Shown in pieces: positions 29,912 through 37,450 of a stretch of 47,889 nt of DNA. The notes beneath the pieces were generated by a model. The model saw only the letters and a list, made by a program, of their open reading frames with translations. It was not told the DNA's origin and made no database searches. The stretch lies in the IMG/VR virus record IMGVR_UViG_3300037419_000284, positions 1 through 47,889 of that record; one strand, 5' to 3'. The DNA comes from a virus (lineage: Duplodnaviria > Caudoviricetes). Every line of letters starts with the position of its first letter. Positions within the stretch are counted from its first letter, which is position 1. The position numbers and the translations under genes are program-made.

Positions 29912-30533
29912 AGGACTCTCTGAGTTTCTTTACCCCTCTTTTTGTTGCTCTCGAAACATTAGCTTGGTTGATACTCAGTTCTTCCGCAATTTCATCTTGT
30001 GTCATATCTGACATATAATACATAAAGATTAAGTCTCTTTGATGTTCTGTTAGATTCTCTAGACCTTGTTGAATCATAATGTTTTCTATAATCCTGTCTT
30101 CATTAAATGGTTCTTCTAGGTAGTAGTCTAACACATTACTGTTTTCTACTACATGATTACTACCATTATGAGAGATATATCCTACTGGATGGTCAATGCT
30201 AACTGTCTTTCTATCTTCCTTGAAGTAATTCATTTCCTTTTTGTAGAAGTTAAAAATACCATTCCTTGCCCTAGATGTAATATGCCTAATAGCTGAACTA
30301 TCTAGCTTTTCGTCATAATCATACATAGCCTCGATTAATTTTAAATCAATCACCTGACATACATCATCAAACTCTATACCTTTACCTGCGAATTTCTTTG
30401 TTAAAGATTTTCTAAAAGGCTCGAACATCTCTAGAATTACCATCATAGCGTCTTGCTTTTTAAATTCATCTTCACTAGTTTGAATAGTCTGAATTAGTTG
30501 TTTAATGTGTACTTCCTTTTCCTTTTTGCTCAT
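29877..30533 (-). CDS. Phage sigma70-family sigma factor
   Basis: Region 2-like GIEFDDVCQ..YDYD and region 4 HTH LTEHQR..MTQDEIAEELSINQANVSR. Confidence 0.85.
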   Translation of the reverse strand: MSKKEKEVHIKQLIQTIQTSEDEFKKQDAMMVILEMFEPFRKSLTKKFAGKGIEFDDVCQVIDLKLIEAMYDYDEKLDSSAIRHITSRARNGIFNFYKKEMNYFKEDRKTVSIDHPVGYISHNGSNHVVENSNVLDYYLEEPFNEDRIIENIMIQQGLENLTEHQRDLIFMYYMSDMTQDEIAEELSINQANVSRATKRGVKKLRESFSPLGEHDDML

Positions 30534-30597
30534 TTTTTACACCTCCTTTTGTAGACCCATTCGTGGGACTAATAACTTTGGACAGTTATATATATAT

Positions 30598-30652
30598 TAA
30601 TTACTAAGTAATAAAAGATAAATAATAAATAATAATATAATTACTAAGTAAT
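30598..30652. repeat. Two copies of TAATTACTAAGTAAT, 40 bp apart, in an AT-rich tract
   Basis: 30598-30612 and 30638-30652; core ATTACT-A-AGTAAT is palindromic. Confidence 0.8.
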
Positions 30653-30757
30653 TACTAATAACTTATTTAATATATATTTAAGATTTAAAAGATTTATTTT
30701 TACACTTGACTTTTTTGTATTATAATTATATTATAAGAGTGCGGGTAAAAAAGAGTG

Positions 30758-31030
30758 CTAAACAGCACTCAAAGTGTTTTCCTCTCTTAGATATACAGTC
30801 TTTGCTAATGCGTGAAGTGGTGAGAGTTGCATGAAGATTACACACACTCCTTCATAACATATACGGTAGTGACAATCATCAACAGGATATTTAGTTCCAT
30901 TTTTAACAATCTCTTTTACTGCTGATGATATTTCATCATAAGAGCCATTACCAATACGCTCTCTCCATCTATAAATTAGATGGGTAGTGACAGAGAACTT
31001 AGTTGTCTCGCCTAAGACATTCACCTCCAA
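30758..31030 (-). CDS. Small DUF4258/RelE-like fold protein
   Basis: 90 aa; TTHLIYRWRERI motif followed by beta strands. Confidence 0.4.
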   Translation of the reverse strand: MEVNVLGETTKFSVTTHLIYRWRERIGNGSYDEISSAVKEIVKNGTKYPVDDCHYRICYEGVCVIFMQLSPLHALAKTVYLREENTLSAV

Positions 31031-31889
31031 GTAACTTATCCATTGTCTTTTCGGTGATGTAAGAAGAAATGTCTAAATCTCTAATAGCCTCCATAAGTGA
31101 GATTGTAGTTTGGAACACACCAAAGCTAGAAACCATATCATCAATATCCGCTAATGCTTTCTGAGAAACTGCATTATCAGAATATCTCTTAATAAAGTTG
31201 ATTATGTTATCTCTATCATTTGAACTAACAGGAATCACATTAACCACCTCTTTCGGTTCTTCTGTCTTGATAGGCTCAATCTTTTCAGCTTTAGGGGCAA
31301 CTGTTACTTTAGCAACATCTCCAATAGTTGCTTTTGAAATATCTTTGAAAGCAGGATTGATTTTTTGTTTACCGCCAATGGCTCTAGTAGAGAAAGCAAC
31401 CTTACCTTCATTGTCAATGCGTTTTACTTTAGCTTTAACTTTTTCACCAACGTAGAAATAATCTTCGGGCATAGTTACGAACTCATTTGCAATTTCTGAA
31501 ATGTGGATTAATCCATCAATACCATCTTTGGTTCTACCAAATGCTCCAAAGTCATGAATAGATGTTATTTCAATTTCTGTAGTTTCTCCTACTTTAACAT
31601 AACTTCTAGGGTCTCTGTATTCGGTTGTGATTGAGTTTGCGTAGCTGTTAATACTTTCGTCAATGTCTATTGGTTTCTTTTCTTCTTCGTCTAGTTTTGG
31701 CTTAATCTCGTTATAATAATAACGTGAGGCAGAATTAGATGTTGTATCATACTTCTCCGCAAATTCCTCAAATATAGTATTCAAGGTTTTCTTCTCCTCC
31801 TTAGGTAAGTCATTATTTCTTCTTACAATAGATTCTAACTCCTTTCCTAATTCAATCCATTTACCTCTGTAACCTACAGTTTCTATCAA
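30999..31889 (-). CDS. S1 RNA-binding domain protein
   Basis: DFGAFG..DGLIHISEIA..VGEKVKAKV; TTG start with GAGGAGG RBS. Confidence 0.8.
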   Translation of the reverse strand: MIETVGYRGKWIELGKELESIVRRNNDLPKEEKKTLNTIFEEFAEKYDTTSNSASRYYYNEIKPKLDEEEKKPIDIDESINSYANSITTEYRDPRSYVKVGETTEIEITSIHDFGAFGRTKDGIDGLIHISEIANEFVTMPEDYFYVGEKVKAKVKRIDNEGKVAFSTRAIGGKQKINPAFKDISKATIGDVAKVTVAPKAEKIEPIKTEEPKEVVNVIPVSSNDRDNIINFIKRYSDNAVSQKALADIDDMVSSFGVFQTTISLMEAIRDLDISSYITEKTMDKLLGGECLRRDN

Positions 31890-31986
31890 AGAAACTCCTC
31901 CTCATTTTTGCTTGTAAATTGGACAAGCATTTTTATGGTTCGGTTTCTATTATAAATTATATTATAAACTAAATCAAGTTATTACC

Positions 31987-32015
31987 TTGACTTTATTTTA
32001 TAAATAGGTTATAAT
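31987..32015 (+). promoter_or_regulatory. sigmaA-type promoter
   Basis: TTGACT-17 nt-TATAAT. Confidence 0.8.
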
Positions 32016-32051
32016 ATAAATAAAATATAAAACCCAAAAAGGTGTGGTAGT

Positions 32052-32636
32052 ATGAAAGTAATCATAATCGAAGGTGCTCGTGGCACTGGAAAATCGACAG
32101 TAGCAAGAAAGATAAGAGAACAAATTTCTGAAATTACGCTAGTAAATCCAACAGGGTTTCATCTAGATGGAACAGAAGGTTTACGCAAGATTTCAACTTA
32201 TTACGATAAGTGGTTAGACCTTTTATGGTCTATGAAAAACGAAGATGTAACTTTTGTATTCGACAGGTTCTTCTTTTCTGAAATGGTCTTTTCTAAGTTG
32301 TATAAGAGTTATGATTTTTCAGAGCAATATGATGAACTATTATTTGACCTTAGGACACTACCATGCGATATAGAAATTATCTTTTTTACTATTGATGATG
32401 AAGAAGAACTAAAGAGTCGATTAGTAAGAGATAAAGTTCCATTTGGTAAAGCAGAAGAAACTGTTACAGAAACAACCAAGCAACAAGATGTTTACAAAGA
32501 TATTATGTCCGACATTTTTGCGGAATATACAAGTGATACATTCAAATTGAGTTATGTCGATACAACTCATAAAACACCTGAGCAAGTGCAAGAAGAAGTA
32601 TTCAAAATTATAAAAGGAGAGGAGAACGCAAAATGA
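32052..32636 (+). CDS. Nucleoside monophosphate (thymidylate-like) kinase
   Basis: IIIEGARGTGKST P-loop and FDRF motif. Confidence 0.75.
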   Translation: MKVIIIEGARGTGKSTVARKIREQISEITLVNPTGFHLDGTEGLRKISTYYDKWLDLLWSMKNEDVTFVFDRFFFSEMVFSKLYKSYDFSEQYDELLFDLRTLPCDIEIIFFTIDDEEELKSRLVRDKVPFGKAEETVTETTKQQDVYKDIMSDIFAEYTSDTFKLSYVDTTHKTPEQVQEEVFKIIKGEENAK

Positions 32637-33388
32637 AAATCGGTATCGTTTCTGACACACATGCAAATTCATTCGCTACAAAAGTAGTACTTGAACATAT
32701 GAAAAGTGTCGGAGTAAACAAGAAGGTTCATCTAGGTGATATTGTTGGTTATGGTCCGAGACCTAGCGAAACACTAGAACTCACGCTAGAGAATTTTAAT
32801 TACATAGTAAAAGGTAATCATGACTTTGCTTGTGAAAACGAAGAAAATAGTTGGGGGTTTAACCCTCAGGCAAAATCGTCTATTGATTGGACAAGAAATC
32901 AACTATCGGAAGAAGAAATTGAGGTGTTAGCCAATCTCCCATACGCACAAAGTATTGGTGAAGATATTATGTTCACACATGGTAGCCCTCATTCTCCATT
33001 CGATTATGTAATGGATATTAATGATGCAAAGTTAGGATTTACAAATGACCAGTTTAGAATTTGTTTCGTAGGTCATACTCATGTTCCTATGGTTTGGGGT
33101 GAAGGAGGATATATCCGCCCTACATATTCAAACAAAGAACTAAACAATTATGGTATGATTAGTGCCTTTGAAATTAGTATACCGAAAGAAGTAAGAGCAA
33201 TCGTAAATGTAGGCTCAGTTGGTCAATCTCGTGATAACGACAGTCGTGCTACATATGCTGTTTATGATACAGAGGAAGAAAAAGTAACAATCTACAAAGT
33301 ACCTTATTCAGTCGAAACAGTTGTTGGTCAAATGCAAAGAGCAGGATTTGAACAAAGTGCATGGCAACGATTAATATACGGTAGATAA
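32633..33388 (+). CDS. Calcineurin-like metallophosphoesterase
   Basis: SDTHAN, LGDIVGYG, GNHD, THGSP, GHTH, NVGSVGQ motifs. Confidence 0.9.
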   Translation: MKIGIVSDTHANSFATKVVLEHMKSVGVNKKVHLGDIVGYGPRPSETLELTLENFNYIVKGNHDFACENEENSWGFNPQAKSSIDWTRNQLSEEEIEVLANLPYAQSIGEDIMFTHGSPHSPFDYVMDINDAKLGFTNDQFRICFVGHTHVPMVWGEGGYIRPTYSNKELNNYGMISAFEISIPKEVRAIVNVGSVGQSRDNDSRATYAVYDTEEEKVTIYKVPYSVETVVGQMQRAGFEQSAWQRLIYGR

Positions 33389-33407
33389 TTTGAAAGGAGA
33401 AACCGAA

Positions 33408-33944
33408 ATGGATTTTAATAAGCCTAAGGTGGCTTGTCCAGTTTGCAACGGTAAAGGCGGATTTAGGAAGTTGAAACAAGACTTCCTAGATAGCAACTGG
33501 ATTGAATGTGCATACTGCGAAAGCTATGGTTTTGTAGATGATACTACAACTGTAGAAGAAGTAAGTAGCCACCTACTATACAACAGATATAAGACTAAGT
33601 TAACAGTTCAACTTGCAAAGCTAGGTGACGTTATTACATGCACATCAGAGCATGAAGGTCATGATATGTTCATTAGGTTCTTACCTTTCAATCGAGAGCC
33701 ATCCGATAGAAAGAAATGGACTACACTAATCAAACACTTACTTAAGTTCTCGCAAAACAGTGAGACAGTAAAGATTTATCCCAAGCAAGCATTTCATCCA
33801 ACCAACGAAGAATATGGTCAAGGATTTGCTATTGATTGGGAGTTACATATAACTACCCACGAACTACAAGACTTAGAGAGTCTAATAGAATTAATTAAGT
33901 TTTATAACGAGACAGTGAATGGAGGTCCGAAATATCTTGATTAA
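33408..33944 (+). CDS. Hypothetical protein with N-terminal DnaJ-type zinc finger
   Basis: CPVCNGKG..CAYCESYG; AAAGGAG RBS before ATG 33408. Confidence 0.6.
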   Translation: MDFNKPKVACPVCNGKGGFRKLKQDFLDSNWIECAYCESYGFVDDTTTVEEVSSHLLYNRYKTKLTVQLAKLGDVITCTSEHEGHDMFIRFLPFNREPSDRKKWTTLIKHLLKFSQNSETVKIYPKQAFHPTNEEYGQGFAIDWELHITTHELQDLESLIELIKFYNETVNGGPKYLD

Positions 33945-34707
33945 CATAGCACTAACATTCTTAGGAACTGGTAGTGCCTTCTCTAAAAGGTTCGGAAATA
34001 ACAGTGCGGTTTTGACAGTTGGAGACAAGAATTTACTCATAGATTGTGGTCGAACAACTCCTGACGACTTAGACAAGTCAGAGTTCAAATGGAGCGACAT
34101 TGATGCCATCTTTATAACTCACTTGCATGGAGACCATGTATACGGTTTAGAGGAGGCAGGATTTATGGGTCGATATGTTTTTCGACAAAAACCGCATATT
34201 ATTTTTCCTCACAAGAAGATTAAGGTAGACTTGTGGGAGAAGGTTCTCAAAGGTACAATGATGCAAGGCGACTTGGAAAGAAACATGACATTTGATGATT
34301 ACTTTACATATGAGATTGTTGATGATAGACAACAGTACTTTGAATTTAATGGTGTCATGATTTCAGTTTTTTCTACACAACATGTAACAAACAAAAAATC
34401 ATATGGACTGATTATCGGAGAGTTTGATTATATTGTTTATACATCAGATTCATTATTCGATAGCGAAATGATAACTGCTTTCCATCGAGGAGGAGCACAA
34501 AAGATATTCCACGATTGTCAAATGGTTGGTTATGACGGTCAAGTACATGCCTCGTTAGATGAACTAGCTACTTTACCCAAAAATATTCGTAAGGATATAG
34601 TTATCATGCACTACGGAGATGACCTAGAAAACCATTTTACTAAGGTTAAAGATTTACAATTAGGTATCGCATTACCAAGAATTACACAAACATTCGTAGT
34701 TAAGTAG
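33919..34707 (+). CDS. apyc1: MBL-fold hydrolase, Apyc1 (anti-Pycsar)-like
   Basis: GTGSAFSK.F.NNSA, LLIDCG, ITHLHGDH..GLEE, FHDCQ, VHASLDEL, MHYGD match my recollection of Bacillus phage Apyc1. Confidence 0.8.
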   Translation: MEVRNILINIALTFLGTGSAFSKRFGNNSAVLTVGDKNLLIDCGRTTPDDLDKSEFKWSDIDAIFITHLHGDHVYGLEEAGFMGRYVFRQKPHIIFPHKKIKVDLWEKVLKGTMMQGDLERNMTFDDYFTYEIVDDRQQYFEFNGVMISVFSTQHVTNKKSYGLIIGEFDYIVYTSDSLFDSEMITAFHRGGAQKIFHDCQMVGYDGQVHASLDELATLPKNIRKDIVIMHYGDDLENHFTKVKDLQLGIALPRITQTFVVK

Positions 34708-34730
34708 AGGGGTAAATCCCCTCTTTTTTT
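34706..34730 (+). terminator. Intrinsic terminator
   Basis: AGAGGGG-TAAAT-CCCCTCT followed by a T-run. Confidence 0.85.
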
Positions 34731-34750
34731 ATTTTTTTCCAAGTTTGTCC

Positions 34751-34779
34751 TTGACTTGTTCCTATAACACAAGTATAAT
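34751..34779 (+). promoter_or_regulatory. sigmaA-type promoter
   Basis: TTGACT-17 nt-TATAAT. Confidence 0.8.
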
Positions 34780-34815
34780 ACAAATATAATAAAAAACGCA
34801 AAGGAGATGATATGA

Positions 34816-35475
34816 ATGGAAGCGAAGAAGTTTCTTTTCAAATCTAGTAGTATCTTATCCGTAGCTATTTTATTGGCAGGTCTAATGACAGTCGGTGATA
34901 CTAAGGCACAAGATATTCAAGAAACAAGCAAGGTAGTGAAGATTGAAAAAACATTACCTGTAGAGAAAGTTGTTACAAAGCAAGACTACTTCGGTTTACT
35001 AGAGAAAGCTAGTGAGGTTTCAAAACAGAAGTATGAATTTCAAGTAAGGAATGAGTCTCCCCCGAGACCGCAACCGAAAATCCAACCAAAACCACAAGTA
35101 AAGGTTGTTACTAAGGTTGCTCCGAAACCTACCCCACCACCAAAACCACACTACAGACAAGTCCATGTGGTAGCAACTGCATATACGAACAGTTGTGCGG
35201 GCTGTACTGGAATAACATCAACAGGAGTTAATATTAAAAACACAATCTACCACGAAGGCTATCGTGTGATAGCAACAGACCCTTCGGTTATTCCAACACA
35301 TTCCGTAGTGAGAATTGAAACTAATAATGGTAGTTTCCTAGCAATAGCAGAAGATAAAGGTGGAGCAATACATGGCTCAATTATAGATGTACTTGTGTCT
35401 TCATATAACGATGCTATACGCTTTGGAAGACAGCGTGTAACGATTACAATACTAAGAGAGGGTGATGGTTCATGA
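34816..35475 (+). CDS. Exported 3D-domain (YocH-like) cell wall protein
   Basis: Signal-like N-terminus, Pro/Lys linker, ATAYT..IATDPSVIP..AEDKGGAI..IIDV. Confidence 0.85.
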   Translation: MEAKKFLFKSSSILSVAILLAGLMTVGDTKAQDIQETSKVVKIEKTLPVEKVVTKQDYFGLLEKASEVSKQKYEFQVRNESPPRPQPKIQPKPQVKVVTKVAPKPTPPPKPHYRQVHVVATAYTNSCAGCTGITSTGVNIKNTIYHEGYRVIATDPSVIPTHSVVRIETNNGSFLAIAEDKGGAIHGSIIDVLVSSYNDAIRFGRQRVTITILREGDGS

Positions 35476-35675
35476 CGATGAAAGAAAGCTATACAGAGGC
35501 TACTGAGTGGCTCTCAGCACACCCACGAAACGGAATACTTATCAGAGTAAAAACAGAGAGTGAACTTAAAAAATATCAAAAGTTCTTTAAGGCAGAGATA
35601 GAATATGATTTGTTTTTAGATGATACTGTTTACGATAGAATTGAATGGCGAATTGACCCTACCGTTGATAAATAA
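35472..35675 (+). CDS. Hypothetical protein
   Basis: 67 aa, ATGA overlap with the upstream gene. Confidence 0.55.
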   Translation: MTMKESYTEATEWLSAHPRNGILIRVKTESELKKYQKFFKAEIEYDLFLDDTVYDRIEWRIDPTVDK

Positions 35676-35702
35676 AGTTATAATATAAATATAATTCACC
35701 CC

Positions 35703-35731
35703 TTGACTTTTTAGTACAAGGGGTTTATAAT
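35703..35731 (+). promoter_or_regulatory. sigmaA-type promoter
   Basis: TTGACT-17 nt-TATAAT. Confidence 0.8.
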
Positions 35732-35761
35732 ATAAATATAATACATGAGGAGATGGTTGGC

Positions 35762-35899
35762 ATGTTGAAAATAGATAAAGAGAAAATGGCGAAAGCATAC
35801 GTTGAGATGGGAGCAATTAATCTCTCAATCTCAGAAGAATATAATCAAACAGAATTAAAAGAGTATTTAGAAATGGAGGTAGAATTAGGTGCAATTTAA
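35762..35899 (+). CDS. 45-aa MazE (NdoAI) C-terminal mimic, putative MazF inhibitor
   Basis: Not in the ORF track; GAGGAG RBS; MLKIDKEKMAKAYVEMGAINLSISEEYNQTELKEYLEMEVELGAI resembles B. subtilis NdoAI MRRGYMEMAKINLNISSE as I recall it. Confidence 0.75.
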   Translation: MLKIDKEKMAKAYVEMGAINLSISEEYNQTELKEYLEMEVELGAI

Positions 35900-36170
35900 C
35901 GAGGTAACAGAAAAGGAATTGATACTACAAATGCTACTAGCTGAGTGCATTAGACGACTTAGCAAGAATGGTAAGCATAAAGTATCAATCACTAATAGAC
36001 AATTAGAAATGTTGGTAGATAACGAGATGGAAGTTGACTTCTCTGAGTCAAATGATATTAGATTCATCTTAAAGTACCAAAAGATGCAAGACGATATTGA
36101 GGTAATAGCAAATGTAGTAGTGCCAAGAGAGAAGTTGGTGGTTACAGATGAAAGCGTACCTAGCGAATAG
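35889..36170 (+). CDS. Hypothetical protein
   Basis: 93 aa; GTG start with GGAGG RBS. Confidence 0.6.
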   Translation: MQFNEVTEKELILQMLLAECIRRLSKNGKHKVSITNRQLEMLVDNEMEVDFSESNDIRFILKYQKMQDDIEVIANVVVPREKLVVTDESVPSE

Positions 36171-36669
36171 TTTATTTAGCCAAGCAGATGCCATGTATAA
36201 CGCATACATAGCTGAACAACTTCGCATAGCCTTTCCTGATTTAGAACTATACGTTCCTCAGGAAAATGAGGCTATCAATGACAAACAGGCATATGCTAAT
36301 TCATTAATGATTAGACGAGGTGACGATAAACCACTATTACTATCTGATTTTCTAGTAGCAGTAATAGACGGATGTGAAATCGACTCAGGTGTAGCTTGTG
36401 AGATAGGTAAGTTAGCAGGTTACGATATGGCTCGTCATGATTTACTAGGTCTACCATATAGACCAATCTTCGCTTTATTTACAGATGTTCGTCAACAAGG
36501 TAGAGATAATCGACAAAAGATTGAGGCACTTATTAAGAACTCAGTTGAGAATCAATTTCCCTACCGCAATTTGTATGTAATTGGAACTATCTACAACTCA
36601 AATGGAGATGTTGTTCCTAATGTTGCAGAATTAATTGATGCAATTCGTAAATATATTAGTAGCAATTAG
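36148..36669 (+). CDS. Nucleoside 2-deoxyribosyltransferase-family protein
   Basis: AYLAN.LF, YVPQEN, DFLVAVIDG..IDSGVACEIG. Confidence 0.8.
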   Translation: MKAYLANSLFSQADAMYNAYIAEQLRIAFPDLELYVPQENEAINDKQAYANSLMIRRGDDKPLLLSDFLVAVIDGCEIDSGVACEIGKLAGYDMARHDLLGLPYRPIFALFTDVRQQGRDNRQKIEALIKNSVENQFPYRNLYVIGTIYNSNGDVVPNVAELIDAIRKYISSN

Positions 36670-37059
36670 TTTTTGATTAGGAAAGTCGGAATTGGAGATA
36701 GTTCGGGACCGACATAGGCAGGTGATAGGGGTTAATTCCTGCTAGCCCCAAGGCGGGCAAATTGGAGAGTTGCTAGCCTCTCTAGGAAATACGCATGGGC
36801 GAAGGTAGCGGGTGCGTACAAGTCTCTTGATGGGTTTAGTGGAGACACAAAACAAACTACTCTCACAAAGCTACATTACCACGAATAACAATTAAGTTGG
36901 TGGTCACTATGCACAGTCAGAAATGTAGCACTACATTAAGTCCATGTTGATACTACAGACCGAGATGGCAAAGTAGAAAACGAATCATGGCAACGGTAAA
37001 GACTGGTCGGAATCACAAAGGAAGGGATAGGGGCTAAAGCTAAGTTCCTCCTTCTCACG
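36668..37059 (+). ncRNA. Large structured intergenic RNA with group I intron-like core features
   Basis: ORF-free, GC-richer than its flanks, at least seven helices; P7-like CAGACCG (36956-36962)/UGGUCG (37004-37009); terminal hairpin 37021-37054 then G37059. Confidence 0.6.
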
Positions 37060-37066
37060 TTTACCC

Positions 37067-37095
37067 TTGACTTTTGAGACAAGGCATGCTATAAT
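37067..37095 (+). promoter_or_regulatory. sigmaA-type extended -10 promoter for the RNA array and DUF2828-like gene
   Basis: TTGACT-17 nt-TATAAT with TG at 37087-37088. Confidence 0.85.
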
Positions 37096-37113
37096 ATATT
37101 TATAAGATAACGA

Positions 37114-37179
37114 GAGACACTAACAGCAACCCTACTACTTACACAATCAAATGGTGATTATTTTAGTATAAGGTGTCTC
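37114..37179 (+). ncRNA. ACAGCAA-motif RNA unit 1
   Basis: Closing stem GAGACAC/GTGTCTC, ACAGCAA at 37123-37129, inner TACTA/TAGTA helix and AATCA/TGATT hairpin. Confidence 0.7.
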
Positions 37180-37191
37180 GTTGAAAACGTA

Positions 37192-37289
37192 AAGGCTCAT
37201 ACAGCAAACCAAACAAGCTGACATTGGTTGTCAAACTTTCTGCTAAAAAGTCCTTAGTGGGTTCGATTCCCACCTAACTACTGAGCCTT
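37192..37289 (+). ncRNA. ACAGCAA-motif RNA unit 2, tRNA mimic
   Basis: Closing stem AAGGCTCA/TGAGCCTT, ACAGCAA at 37201-37207, D-like, anticodon-like (CT-GCT-AA) and T arms (GTGGG-TTCGATT-CCCAC), no acceptor stem. Confidence 0.75.
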
Positions 37290-37298
37290 GTAAACGTG

Positions 37299-37412
37299 TA
37301 GGCACACACAGCAAAACTACATATGTCTGTTCAAGAAGAACAAACTCACATTAAAAGATATGATGAATCTTTTTATCAGGAGAAATCCATTAGTAGCTAA
37401 AACTTGTGCCTA
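37299..37412 (+). ncRNA. ACAGCAA-motif RNA unit 3
   Basis: Closing stem TAGGCACA/TGTGCCTA, ACAGCAA at 37308-37314, CTAC/GTAG helix enclosing three hairpins, followed by a T-run. Confidence 0.7.
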
Positions 37413-37450
37413 GCTTTTTTTTATGTCCACTATGGAAAGGATGATGTTAA

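Noticed and set aside
36678-36992. RNase P RNA (AGGAAAGUC and AAGUCCAUG..CAUGGC look-alikes) or tmRNA
   Set aside because: No correctly placed 3' partner for the P4 helix; no tRNA-like ends or CCA for tmRNA
37192-37289. Functional tRNA-Ser(GCU) or canonical YrlA
   Set aside because: No acceptor helix or CCA and no long variable arm; topology is opposite to YrlA and the Y RNA bulged-C motif is not evident
37109-37412. CRISPR mini-array
   Set aside because: Only 7 nt are identical between units, unit lengths vary widely and no cas genes are present
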